DNA of 64,000 nucleotides. Source: Geosiphon pyriformis uo1 (lineage: Eukaryota > Fungi > Glomeromycota). How positions within the stretch are numbered: position 1 is the stretch's first letter; each line of letters starts with the position of its first letter. Below are positions 52,087-64,000 of this stretch, in pieces. Made by a program: the position numbers and the translations under genes. The stretch is taken from the NCBI GenBank assembly GCA_016748015.1, contig JAAOMT010000690.1, forward strand, positions 62,001 to 126,000, written 5' to 3'. The notes below the pieces were generated by a model. The model was not told where the DNA came from and did not search any database. It worked only from the letters and a program-made list of their open reading frames with translations.

Positions 52087-55000
52087 GTGGCGACAAAAAC
52101 CCCTAATCTTACTGTTCTTGAATTCTGCCATGCTATTTACACACAAAATCAAAGTGATCTTGGATTACCAGAAGGGTGTTGTCCAGCAGAATCTGCCCTC
52201 ACTTATTATATCAATGCCAGAATAAATTATCATATAGGAAAGGAAGAAGAACCACACGATGCAAAACTTGGATTGTATAGAGAATTATCACAATACACTA
52301 CAAAAGAAGTAGCAGTAATAGCCGCAATTATTGTCAAAATCCATCAAAAAATTGAGCAATACGCCAACGAAAATTTTCCAATATCCACAGGAAACACTAG
52401 GGAATGCATCAACAAAACCAAAGAAAATTTAGAAACTAATCAGGAAAGTAACCAGCAAAAACTAGGAACACCAGCTCAAATGCCAAAGAAAACTGTCACT
52501 CAATCAATAAAGAAACAGCGTATTTATTCACCAGAAGATAAATCATACCATTTTTCACCAGAAAATAAGATACAAATTCCATTAGGAGCTGCATCATCAT
52601 CAACATCAACTCCACAAATGCCAAAAACTCCTAGTTATATTGATAAAATTAAACAACGTAACTGGAAAGACATACTAATTACAGGAGGATATTTATCACT
52701 ATTCCAAAATCCTCTTTTTCAGCCAAAATTTAGAACGGGGTTTGAAAACCGTGAAGAGGAGTTTGAATCGGAATCCGAAAAAGAGACCAGCGAAAAAACA
52801 ATCACAAGACCAGTCACTGGAACAAGCAGCCAGTCCAGAAACCAAGAAACTCATGATCAAGAGGAAGAACCGGATATAAGGGAAGCCACCTTTAGGAATG
52901 CTCAAGGAAATATCATCCCACCTCCTCTTAGACCAATAAACCCACCAGCAGAAAACGGCAATGAAATGACCACACTATACATTGCAAGACTAACAGATTT
53001 CTCAGGAGAGGAAGAAGAAACGGACGTGCATACATGGCTCAGAGAAGCACAAAAAGCCATCCAGACAAATAACTGGAACAACCAAAGAGCAATTCAAACA
53101 TTATCTTTCTTCCTAAAAGGCACAGCCAACTTGTGGTATCAAAGCCTAGAAACAAAACCCACGAGCTTCGCCGAATTTAAAAATGCACTTCTGGAGTATT
53201 TTAGCGACCCAAACACCATAATCCAACTACAGAACAAATTCAATACTATCAAGCAAAATACCAGTGAAACTGTCACTCAATACCTTGCTCGATTCAATCA
53301 AATTCGCCGTCAGATTGAAGCGATTAAACAAGGATACTACACTGATTCTCAGGTTTTAAATCAGTTTATTAGAGGATTAAAAAGCAGCATTTTAGGAAGA
53401 GTACACCCTGCCCACTCTAATTTCTTACCAGAAGCTGTTACGCTCGCCAGAGCCCTTGAATCAGCTGAGAAAGAAGCTAACCATAGTTAAATGGTTAACA
53501 TAGTAATGGAGGAAAATAAGACAGAAACATTAGAGAAAAAAGTAATGTGATTAAGGGAGGAACTCTCTAAGAAAATAGAAAGTTACCTCATCCCGAATCC
53601 GAGAAAAAATACATACCAACCACCCCAAAGATGCAGCCAGGAAGTCAACGACAGTTGAAATAATCACTTGTCGCGCCAGGAATTCAGAACAGAAACACGC
53701 GTCTGTCATTTTTGCAAACATGTAGAACATTTGATTAGTTAATGTTAAATGCGAATGATGCAGAAAGCATGCGAAAATAATTACTACGCGCCACCCCAAA
53801 TGCCCAGAAACCAGTACATGCCAATACCACGCCAATATCCCACCACATATCAAAATCAAGGAGCTTACCAGCAACAGCCCATGATAGCCAACCCGAATTG
53901 GCATCCCGAGGCCTAAAATCAGCCCATGTGGAACCAGAACGCGTTGGTCCAGAGAAATCCAAACTGCGCCAGAACCAATCAGCAAACCAATCTAAACTAC
54001 CAAAATTATCAACAAACTTACCTTAATATACCAGAAAACCTGATCATTAGAAACAATGACGGTAGAAACATAAACAGAACCAAGAATTCTTCCAAATTGA
54101 GCCAGACAATACCACCAACAGTTGCCACCGAAGATAGCAGCCTTGCAGCTATTTTTCCTTTTGAATTAGAGGAAAACAAGGCTATGTTCAGTGGAGCAGC
54201 ATTGGACGAAAAACGCCCAATCACTGCTATGTATATGGAAGCCACTGTAAACAATACCCCAATCAAACTTATCTTAGACAGTGGATCCGCTGGAAGCATC
54301 GTAACACTTCAACTAGTAAACCAACTGGGTTTCAAAGTTGATCATGTCGCGACATCCCAAATCATAACAGCCGATGGAAGTACAAAGCTGCCTTATGGCA
54401 AAATCGACTCATTCCCTTTTGAAATTAACGGCATAGTAATATTTACAAAAGTATTAGTAATAGACACTACACAATATCAAGTGTTAGTAGGGAATGACTG
54501 GTTAACAAAAGCCAACGCCACCCTAGACTGGACCACCCAAGAGCTTCTGATCAATTATAATGGCCACCAGGCCAAAATTCCAGCCACCTGTGGCCACTTC
54601 CAAAAACCCAGCGCCAACTAAAGACCTACCTTCGAATTTGAGGAAAATCCAGCACTACCAGCCATCGAAACCTATCAGCTCTCTTGGACTGATGACCAAA
54701 GAACAAAACTACCAGCCGTACCAATGTGGACCAGCGAAGAAAGATCCGAATGGAACCAGGTAAGTTCACGAAGAAACCACCAGCGATGCAGACCAAAGCT
54801 AGAATGTTCGGTTTGTAAGAAAAAACTCTCGTCTATGACTGCATGCAGCGCACCAGACGAAGACCCAAGAAACCCCACCCACTACTATTGTAACTGTTGT
54901 AACAAAAAAAAATATGGTTACCCAGAAAGACATGGAAAATGGGACGAGGAACCGTGCTTCGCTTGTGGAGAACCATTACCAAGAGGGTGCAACTGGAACA

Positions 55001-57517
55001 ACTTACCAGGCAGAGGAGGAACGTGTGATGCAACTTGCCAATACACGATCCTCATCTGTGACTGGATAAGAGGAGGAATGCCATTTGAAGCAGCATTCAA
55101 CAGAGCGTTAAAAAGACTACAGCACTACCCACACGACGAGGACAAGTTGTACAACACCACACAAGCCAAAGTAAGAGGAGGAACTACTGAAGAAATACGA
55201 CATTGGAAAGAGTCAGCTGAAGTAGCCGACAAAGTTGCCAGCTACAACATGTTCGACCCAGTGGATGAATTCCAGGACTACTACCAACAACTATGCCCCA
55301 CTCGACAAGAGCAAGAACAATACCTCACCCAAATCAACACTTACCTCTGTGAAAACTGTCTCATCCCGTGCCAAAATTAGTGCTGTGAAGAGTGTCAAGA
55401 CAAAAGGGACTTAGAAAGAAAAATGGAAATTGAGAATCAGCAGTCTCAAAATCAATCAATAAATCAACAAAACTCACCTGACAGTCCCAAGTCAGAAAAA
55501 TTTGTAGCCTATACTGACCTAGAACAGGTGACTGACATCCAATACTTCGACAACAGGCACTTAGGAATAATACTCGAAAGAGCCCATTCAACCAACGCCA
55601 GATTCGATCTACGTTATCCGGAAGACCAATCCACAACGTTACCACCCAGGAGCATCACCAAAATCGACCTAAAAATAGCGGTTGAAATTCCGCCAGGAAT
55701 AATGGTTCAAATGGCATCATGATCAAGCCTTGTGAAAAAAGGAATAAGCATTTAAGGAGAAGTAATTAACTCTGGATACACTGGAAATTTGATGGTTTTG
55801 CTACAGAACAATTCAGAAAAGTCTTATACCATTGAATCTAAGAAAAAGATTGCACAAGCAATTTTCCTATCATTGGTAAAAATTGGGAAATTCGTGCCAG
55901 TGGAAAATCATGAGGAATTGTCACAAACAATGAGAAGAACTTTTGGTTTCAGATCGACAGGAAAAGAAATTGAAGCGANNNNNNNNNNNNNNNNNNNNAA
56001 CACCACAAGAAATTCTAAATTTCCCAGAAATTGCCCTCTACTGTGAACTCACTTCAATAAATTGGCAACAACCGGTAGAATGCTATCAATTTACACCAGA
56101 AGAATTGGCCAAATTAAACATTGGAACAATGGATCCTGACCAACAGTGACAATTAAAAGCATTAATTTTAAAATACTCTGATATATTTTCAAGAAATGGC
56201 GAATTTGGAAGAACCAACTTGGTTCAACACCAAATCCCCACTGGAGATGCCAGACCTGAAAAACAACGCGCTTACTGTGTCCCATCAATGGAGCATAATT
56301 TTATCAGAGAAGAAGTCCAAAGCATGTTGGAAAAAGAAATAATACAACCATCAATAAGCCCATGGTCCTCACCAGTTGTTTTAGTAAGGAAAAAGAACGG
56401 AAAAATTAGATTTTGTGTCGACTATTACAAACTAAACAGTAAAACAACCAAAGACTCATACCCAATACCATTAATTAACGAAATCTTCAACGTTTTTAGA
56501 GGAGCAAAATGGTTTTCTACACTGGACTTGACCAGTGGGTACTGGCAAGTGGAAATGGACCCAAAAGACAGGCATAAAACAGCATTCACAACACAAAATG
56601 GCAATTATGAGTTCAATGTAATGCCATTTGGATTAACAAATGCTCCTGCGACATTCCAAATACTAATGGACGTAATTTACTCCGGAATCCTGTGGCAATC
56701 CATTGTTGTCTACTTGGATGATACAAATGTTTTCTCGTCAAAATTCACGGATCATCTCCAACATTTACAACAAGTTTTTGAGAGATTGAGACACACTGGA
56801 CTTAAACTAAATCTAAAAAAATGTTTCTTTGAGAAAAATGAGCTAGCATTTTTAGGACATGTAGTTGGAAAAGATGGAATAAAACCAGATCCATCAAAAA
56901 TAGACAAAGTGAAAAATTTTCCAGTATCTTGAAACATTTCAGAAGTTAGAAGCTTTTTAGGACTTGCATCTTACTACTGCCACTTTGTAGAAAACTTTTC
57001 AAACATCGCCAAACCCCTTAATTACCTACTATCTAAAAATGTGAAGTTTGAATGGACTGAAGCACAACAAAAAGCTTTTGAGTACCTTAGACAAAAGCTC
57101 ATTGAATCACCAATAATGATCTATCCGAATTTCAACAAGAAATTCATTTTGGCCACAGATGCCTCTGGAACTGGACTTGGAGCCATTCTGTCACAAAAAG
57201 ATGATAATGGAAGAGAACATGTAATCGCTTATGCCAGCAGAAATCTCAGTATGGTAGAACAAAACTACGCAGCACATGAACTTGAATGCTTAGCAGTAGT
57301 CTAGAATTGTGTTCACTTTGACACATATTTACGGTACCAACCCTTTGAGATTACAACAGATCATAGAGGTCTGGTCTGGTTAAATAACAAGAAAGCACTA
57401 AAAGAAAAATATGCCAGATGGTCACAAATGTTAGCACCATATGATTATATTATCAAATACAAAGAAGGTACCAAAAATGCTAATGCCGACTGTTTGTCAA
57501 GAATGAGACACACATAA
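52087..57517 (+). pseudogene. Element C Gag-PR-Cys-rich-dUTPase-RT-RNase H
   Basis: ORF pieces starting 52087, 53926, 54724, 55423 and 55789 share one frame; LILDSGSAGS, dUTPase motifs, YLDD, LATDAS, ending ADCLSRMRHT*. Confidence 0.93.
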
Positions 57518-57546
57518 AAATCACCAACCCACCCACCACAACAACA

Positions 57547-58918
57547 ATAAACAACCACCTTTACAAAAACCTCAGCCAATACTTGGAAACACTACAAATA
57601 GACAAAGAAATGCCAGTAAAAGAGCTAATTAAGCTCCAAAAATTAGCAAAACACTATTTCATCCAAAATCACATACTTTATTACCGGAATCGACAAAATT
57701 CAGATAATCCATTAAGAGTTATAACCACGAATGAAAAAGAAACTATCTTATTTAATATGCACTCAGATATTCATTCAGGCCACTTTGGAAAAACAGCAAC
57801 CATCCAATGTGCAACTAGCCGTTACTATTGGCCAAAAATGAGTTTAGACATAATCCAATACATAAGAAATTATGACCTATGCCAATGAAAAAGAGGAGCA
57901 AAAACAATGGAATTATTAAGACCAATAAAAGTTGGACAGCCATTTGACAGAATCAGAATTGATTTAGTTGGACCCTTACCAATAACAACAAGAAACAACC
58001 ATTATATTGCAGTAGCCATGGACCATCTCACCAAATAGCCAGAAGTTAGAGCTATTAAAACAGCTGATGCTATTTCCGTAGCTTAATTCGTACATGAAAA
58101 CTTAATTTGCTGACATGGATGTCCACAAGAATTGCTATCAGATCAAGGCACACACTTCGTAAACAGCACCTTAAAAAAACTTAGCCAAAAATTTGGAACC
58201 AAGCGACCACTGTCATCACTATACCACCCTCAAACAAATAGATTAGTTGAAAGATTTAATCACACATTATGCAAATCACTGGTGAAAATTAGTAACGAAC
58301 ATGAAAAAGAATGGGATTTGTTCATACCAGCAGTACTACTAGCATATAGAACAGTAAAACAAGATACTACACAATTCACACTGTTTGAACTAGTTTATGG
58401 AAGAAAAGCCACATTACCCGTTGAACTTACTATCCCAACTTATCCAAGTGACACTATCACGGAAGCAATATTCCAGGAAACACTACTTAGAAGAACATAC
58501 GAATTAATGGGAACTTTAGAAAACAAAAGAAGAAAAGCAGCACAAAATATTGAACAATCACAAGAACAACAAAAAGTGAGACATGATAACCAGTTACCAG
58601 ATAATATAATTAGCTACAAAATTGGAGATAAAGTATTGTTGCATCGTACAAAAATGGAAAAACAGTGGAGTGGAAAATTTGATCACAAGTGGGATGGACT
58701 ATTTTATATTCACGAAATACTTGGAAATGGAGCATACAAGCTAAGACTAGATGATAAAATATTAAGAAAAGCAGCACATGGTAACCGGCTGAAATTCTAT
58801 TACAGTAAACCAGTAATAACAACAAAAACACCCAGAATTGGAACACAATTACCTTTAATTCTACCAGAACAAATTCCACGAGATTTAGAACCAATAGTTT
58901 TAATTGAACATTATTCGA
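57547..58918 (+). pseudogene. Element C integrase (separate ORF; presumed start ATG eroded to ATA)
   Basis: (M)NNHLYKNLSQYLETL, HSDIHSGH, IDLVGPL, SDQGTHF, YHPQTNRLVERFN, KWDGLF. Confidence 0.88.
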
Positions 58919-58938
58919 NNNNNNNNNNNNNNNNNNNN

Positions 58939-59200
58939 ACTATTAGAACCTTTCATTGGAAAAACCAACACTACATTCCATTCAAAAACAGTTTACAGAA
59001 TTTTCAAAGCATTTGAAAACTGTCACAAATTATTGTTGGACCCAACCATGAACATAATAACAACCAACAGTATTGGACGACTTACCAACTTGTAATTTCA
59101 AGAATTACAACAACAAATTAATAACACAGTATTGAACCATTATAGTAACTTAGAATTTAATGAAGAAATTAACTTTGATTTCGATGGAGCTCAATCTTGA
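58939..59200 (+). pseudogene. Element C ORF3, C-terminal part (5' part lost in N gap)
   Basis: FIGKTN..VYRIFKAF..IGRLTNL*FQELQQQI...FDFDGAQS*, alignable with ORF3 of A and B. Confidence 0.65.
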
Positions 59201-60084
59201 AAGGAGGGGATAATGTTACGGTTTAAGAATTTAGCAAAAAGAATCATAAAAATAATACAAACTATTCAATCATAATATAGCACAGTAATAATCTTAGAAA
59301 GGTAATGATTAACATAGTAGCAAACACCATCTTGTGATAGTGACAAGCACCAGTTCACAATAGCAGCCAACACCAACTGGTGATAGCAGCAAACACCAGG
59401 TTGAAATATCAAAAAGAAAGTATTTTCTTGTAGAACTACAAACATGTATATATACAGTAGTTTTAATATTGGGAAATAATCAATCAAGTAATAAAAATCA
59501 TAACTTATCAAGCAACAGATCCAATTTTATCCAACAAACTCCACTTTAAATCATACTTTCAAATTAAATATCTTAAGAAACCTTTAAAAATCAAAAAGAA
59601 ATGAAAAAAAATATTTAAAACGGAACTATCACAATCCAAAGTATTAAGAAACTTACTTGTATTATTTATTGAATGAAACTATCATTCATCAACTGAATCC
59701 CTTGGAAGAATAATCCTTGATCAAGATTATTCACATTGTTACTAATTAATAAAAGCTTTATTGTAAGAATTAGAAAAGCGCTAAAGACTATTAACATTCT
59801 GTGTTTCTAGATTAGAGAAACACATCAGGCAATTGCAAGGATAGCCTCAGAGAAGACTCCAGACAGTGGGTAGATTTCAGTTCAGCCTCTGAGAAGGAGT
59901 ACATAAACACACACAACAATCAAGAATTAAAGAATAACTTACATCACAACAGTAAAAAGAAAGCCTTCAGTGTAACAGTGACATTATCACACAAATAGAA
60001 TTGAAGAACTCACAAAAGACTGATTGCAATTAAAGCAGGATATCAGCAATTAAATATAACAAGAAAACCATCTTGTAACACCGA

Positions 60085-61030
60085 CAAAGAGAAGACGGCA
60101 TTTACTACTAAAGAAGGGAATTTTGAATTTGAAGTAATATCATTTGGCTTAACCAATGCTTCAGCCACTTTCCAACAGTTAATGGAAATTGTTTATATGG
60201 GCTTATTGTGAAAATCAGTAGTTGTATATTTGGACGACACCAACATATTCTCAAAAACATTTAATAATCATTTTCATCATCTTCAACAAGTGTTCGAAAG
60301 ATTAAGAAGAGCAGAACTAAAGTTAAATGCAACAAAGTGTTTCTTCGGCAAGACAGAACTAAAATTTTTGGGACACATAGTCAGCAAAGATGACATTAAA
60401 ATAGATCCAGAGAAAATAGAGATAGTAAAGAACTTTCTAATGTTGACTAATATAACAGAACTGAAATCATTTTTGGGATTCACCAGCTACTATTGACGTT
60501 TTATCAAGAACTTTTCCAAAATAGTGCAGCCACTCAACCAACTGCAAACCAAGAACACAAAATATGAATGGACAGAAAGTCAACAAGAAGCTTTTGATAT
60601 TCTGAAAAGAAAGCTCATCCAAGCTCTAGTACTGATCTATTCAGATCACAGCAAACCATTCATCATCACCACCAATACATCCAGCCAAGCATTAAGAGCA
60701 GTACTATCTCAAAAAAAACCAGACAGTAGAGAACATCTAGTAGCATATGTCAGCTGAAGTCTAACACTAGCTGAAAAGAACTATGGAACACCAGAACAAG
60801 AACACTTAGCAATCTACTGGGCAGTCATGAAATGGAATGAATACTTGAGCCAAAAGTTTGATATATACACAGATCATAAAGAATTAACATTACTTCACAA
60901 GCAAAAATGTGATGATGGCCGCCAATCCAGATAGAAAATGGCACTTTCACAATATACTTATACTATACACTATAAGAAAGGAAAAGACAACGGAAATGCC
61001 GATGGTTTGTTGTAAATAAGACAAATCTAA
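60085..61030 (+). pseudogene. Element A RT C-part and RNase H
   Basis: KEKTAF, FGLTNA, YLDD, KFLGHIV, YTDH, NADGL(SR)IRQI*. Confidence 0.92.
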
Positions 61031-61094
61031 AAACATTTTCAAACCCAAAAATATAATAAAACCAGAACAATACCAACAAAAATACAACAAAAAA

Positions 61095-62471
61095 ATGAAC
61101 ATACAAAAATATCAACAAATTCAACATTATATAACCACTCAACAGTTCAAGGAGAATTTATCTCAAACAGAACAAAAAAGTATCAAACAACAATCAAAAT
61201 ATTTTATCATGCACCAAAATATACTTTATCAGAAAAATAGAAGGGATCCAGATCAACCAACCAGAGTAATTACAGAGCCAAAAAAAGAGACAATATTATT
61301 CAACATGCATTCAAATCCAACAGCAGGACATTTTCACAAAGAAGCAACCATGGAAAGAACCAAAAAGAGATGCTATTGGCCATCAATGTATTCAGACATC
61401 ATTCAATATGTTCAAAATTGTGATATTTGTCAGCAAAGAGGAGGAACAAGACCCAGTGAACTATTAAAACCAATCAAAGTAAGACAACCATTCGACTGTA
61501 TTGAAATTGATTTAGTCGGACCATTAACAATCACCAGCAGAGAAAACAGATACATAGCAGTAGCTATGAACTATCTCACTAAATGGCCAGAGGCGAAAGC
61601 AATTCAAAGAGCAGATGCAGAATTTGTTGCCAAATTTGTTCACTAGGATTTGATTTGTCAACATGGATGTTTAAAAGAATTATTATCAGACCAAAGAACT
61701 TATTTTGTGAACAGAACATTAACAGAATTGAGCCAAAGATTCGGAATTAAGAGACCATTATTATTGCCATACCATCCACAAACCAATGGATTAATTGAAA
61801 GATTCAACAGAACATTGTGTGAAGCAATAGCTAAGCTCAGCCAAAAAAACCAGGACAATTGGGATTTGTTCATACCATCAGTACTATTTGCTTATCAAAC
61901 AATGAAACAAGATACTACACAAGCAACACCATTTGAATTAGTGTATGGGAGGACAGCAATATTACCAGTAGAGAAAGAAATTAATACATATCTAGTTGAA
62001 CCAATAACAGAAGAGAATTTTCAAGAAATATTGCTGAGAAGAACATATGATCTAATGAAAACATTGGAAAACAAATGAAAAAAAGCAGCTGATAATATTA
62101 AAAAGTCACAAAAAAAACAGAAAGAAAGACACAATAGTCAACTACTCAACAGACCAGTTGAATTCAAGATTAGAGACAAAGTACTCTTACATCATACCAA
62201 AACGGAAAAACAATGGAGTGGAAAATTTGACCCCAAATAGGATAGACCATTTCACATAAAAGAAATTCTAAAAAATGAAGCTTACAAATTAAGACTGGAT
62301 AACAAAATTTTAACCAAAGCAGCACATAGAGATTGACTAAAACCATATTACAACACTATACCACTCTCCACCAGTAATATTCCACAATTAAGAGTACAGA
62401 GAATACTAGTCCAACCAGATGAGATTCCACGAGATCTGGAACCAATCATTATTATTGACAACAACATGTGA
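61095..62471 (+). pseudogene. Element A integrase (separate ORF)
   Basis: MNIQKY..., HSNPTAGH...CDIC, IDLVGPL, SDQRTYF, YHPQTNGLIERFN, PRDLEPII. Confidence 0.92.
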
Positions 62472-62501
62472 AATTGATTCATTAAAAGAAAATATAAAGA
62501 C

Positions 62502-63155
62502 ATGGTAGACGTGACAGAAAATATCAGAAAAATGGAAATTACAGACAACATCCACTCACTAGCTCAACAACTTTTTCAATTGATCCAACACCAAGAAATG
62601 GAGATTACAATCAATCAATAAACCATTCGATATCAAGATACTAGAAAGATATTGTAAAACAGAAAACAGAAGAAACCAGAAAATACCATCAACAAAATCA
62701 TTATAAAAGTAAAATTGGCAATAAAAGAATTAACAAAAGAGTCAATATACCAAGAGTTGATGAAAGAAACTTGGAATTGGTGGATACAACAATTTCCAAG
62801 AAACTATTGTTATTTTTACTTGAGACAACATGTAAATATTCAGAATTTATACATGAATAAAACAAAGCAGTTATTTGACACAACAATACTACAACAATTA
62901 AAACATTTTGTGGGAAAAAACAACTTATCTACATAAGCTCAAGCTATATACAGAATACACACAGCATTTCAGAATCGACCAGAAATCTTATTCAACAAAG
63001 CAATAGATATGATTACCAGTAATTAATTGGGAAAGATCACCAATGCTCAATTTGAAAAGTTACAAACTCAAATAACACAAATAATTCTCGAAAACAAAAT
63101 CCAAGAAATACTTCAAGAGGGGGAATTAAAAGAGTTGGATTTTGATGGAGTTTAA
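62502..63155 (+). pseudogene. Element A ORF3
   Basis: One frame MVDVTEN...YFYL...AIYRIHTAF...LGKITNAQFEKLQTQI...LDFDG, interrupted only by TAA codons. Confidence 0.68.
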
Positions 63156-63174
63156 TATTAAAAGGAGAGAATAA

Positions 63175-64000
63175 TATTACTCATAGAAATATAGGAAATA
63201 TATTAGCATAATTATTAGCCAATCAGAAGTAGATGTAGTAAATGTGGAATTCCAGAATTCCTTCCAGAAATTGCAGGATTCCAGGAATTACAGGATTCTT
63301 ACACAAGGAATTGCAGGATTCCAGAATTCCAGGATTTCTCTTAAAGAAATTGCAGAATTTCAAAAATTCCAGGATTCCTGTCATAAAGAATCAAGGAATT
63401 GAGGAATCTCAATTATGTATATATAGCAGTAGAGTTAGAAGCTGAAAAGACAGACCTTTCAGTTTTAGATTTGATCTAAGAAACCTTTCAGTTCCCAATC
63501 ATTAAATAAATAATTATTTCATATCTCAATTTACTCTCTACTATCAACTCTTTATGTTGATAGTAATTGATACTTAACTATACTGGAACAATAGCTCTTG
63601 ATCATGGCTATTGACGGGATACTAATTTGCAATTGCATCTTGGCCAAAATTCTATTTTCTTTTTATTTTTCTTTTATTTTCTTTTCTAGTTTTTTTTGAT
63701 TTTACTCTTGTGCACTAATTGATTGAATAAAGCGCTAGATTACTGACATTAAGGATTGCCTGGTAAAAGACCCCTGCAAGAGAGTAGAACACATACAGTA
63801 GATATGGAATACTTACCAGAGAATTGCCGGCCACCAAGCCGAAAAAAGAATTGACAGACTTGTAAGTCTGGAAAGCTACAGATAAAACAACTATTAAATC
63901 TCTGTTCATTATACAAAAGACTCCAACAAAACCTTCAGATACAAAACCTTCAGATCATCAACAATGTGAAATAGTCTTGAGCACCAAGTTACAGATCTAT
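63175..64000 (+). repeat. Element A 3' LTR (truncated by window end)
   Basis: Follows PPT AAAAGGAGAGAA; direct repeat of 34818 onward. Confidence 0.95.

Larger units (their letters stand above)
51243..60080 (+). mobile_element. Ty3/Gypsy LTR retrotransposon C, full length (3 N gaps), TSD CTGA/CCGA
   Basis: LTRs 51243-52004 (gapped) and 59214-60080; flanks CTGA 51239-42 and CCGA 60081-84; PBS TGGTGAACTC; PPT AAAGGAGGGGA. Confidence 0.95.
34818..64000 (+). mobile_element. Ty3/Gypsy LTR retrotransposon A (host of B and C; 3' LTR runs off the window)
   Basis: 5' LTR 34818-35679, PBS TGGTGCTTCTTGTGAGG, PPT before the 3' LTR at 63175. Removing B and C restores in-frame protease (EINS|IIVPIKVL) and RT (AMNSA|DKEKTAF). 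Confidence 0.95.

Noticed and set aside
33408-60080. All four nested LTR insertions in the right half are co-oriented with their hosts
   Set aside because: Only four events (1 in 16 by chance); too few to claim an orientation bias.
36969-62886. Numerous minus-strand ORFs of 60-144 aa within the Gypsy elements
   Set aside because: Antisense shadows of gag/pol; not conserved among A, B and C.

Overview
Eukaryotic, intron-rich, AT-rich fungal DNA. The style of the genes and transposons suggests Glomeromycota (Geosiphon/arbuscular-mycorrhizal-like), which is inference only. Bases 1.5-7.3 kb hold four compact housekeeping genes in two divergent pairs: TAP42/alpha4, an NDUFA9-like SDR, RCF1/HIG1 and an RCCD1-like RCC1-repeat gene. 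The rest is a nested, C>T/G>A-eroded transposon field. It contains (i) two decayed RNase H-bearing LINEs; (ii) a 4-LTR/3-unit tandem array of a non-autonomous LTR element under one 4-bp TSD; (iii) a solo LTR whose TATA box is split by a 4.27-kb pogo/Tigger DNA transposon carrying cargo genes; (iv) a second solo LTR and an old gag relic; and (v) a Ty3/Gypsy element (A, 34818 to beyond 64000) with two other full-length Gypsy families inserted in it (B 38339-48551, C 51243-60080). The most interesting signal is an unusual architecture shared by these three divergent families. A GTG-initiated Gag-protease-Cys-rich domain-dUTPase-RT-RNase H ORF stops 4 codons after the RNase H 'LSR' motif. Integrase follows as a separate ORF behind a G-poor A/C-rich spacer, and a conserved non-Env third ORF ends at the polypurine tract. 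Four 20-N scaffold gaps lie inside B and C.
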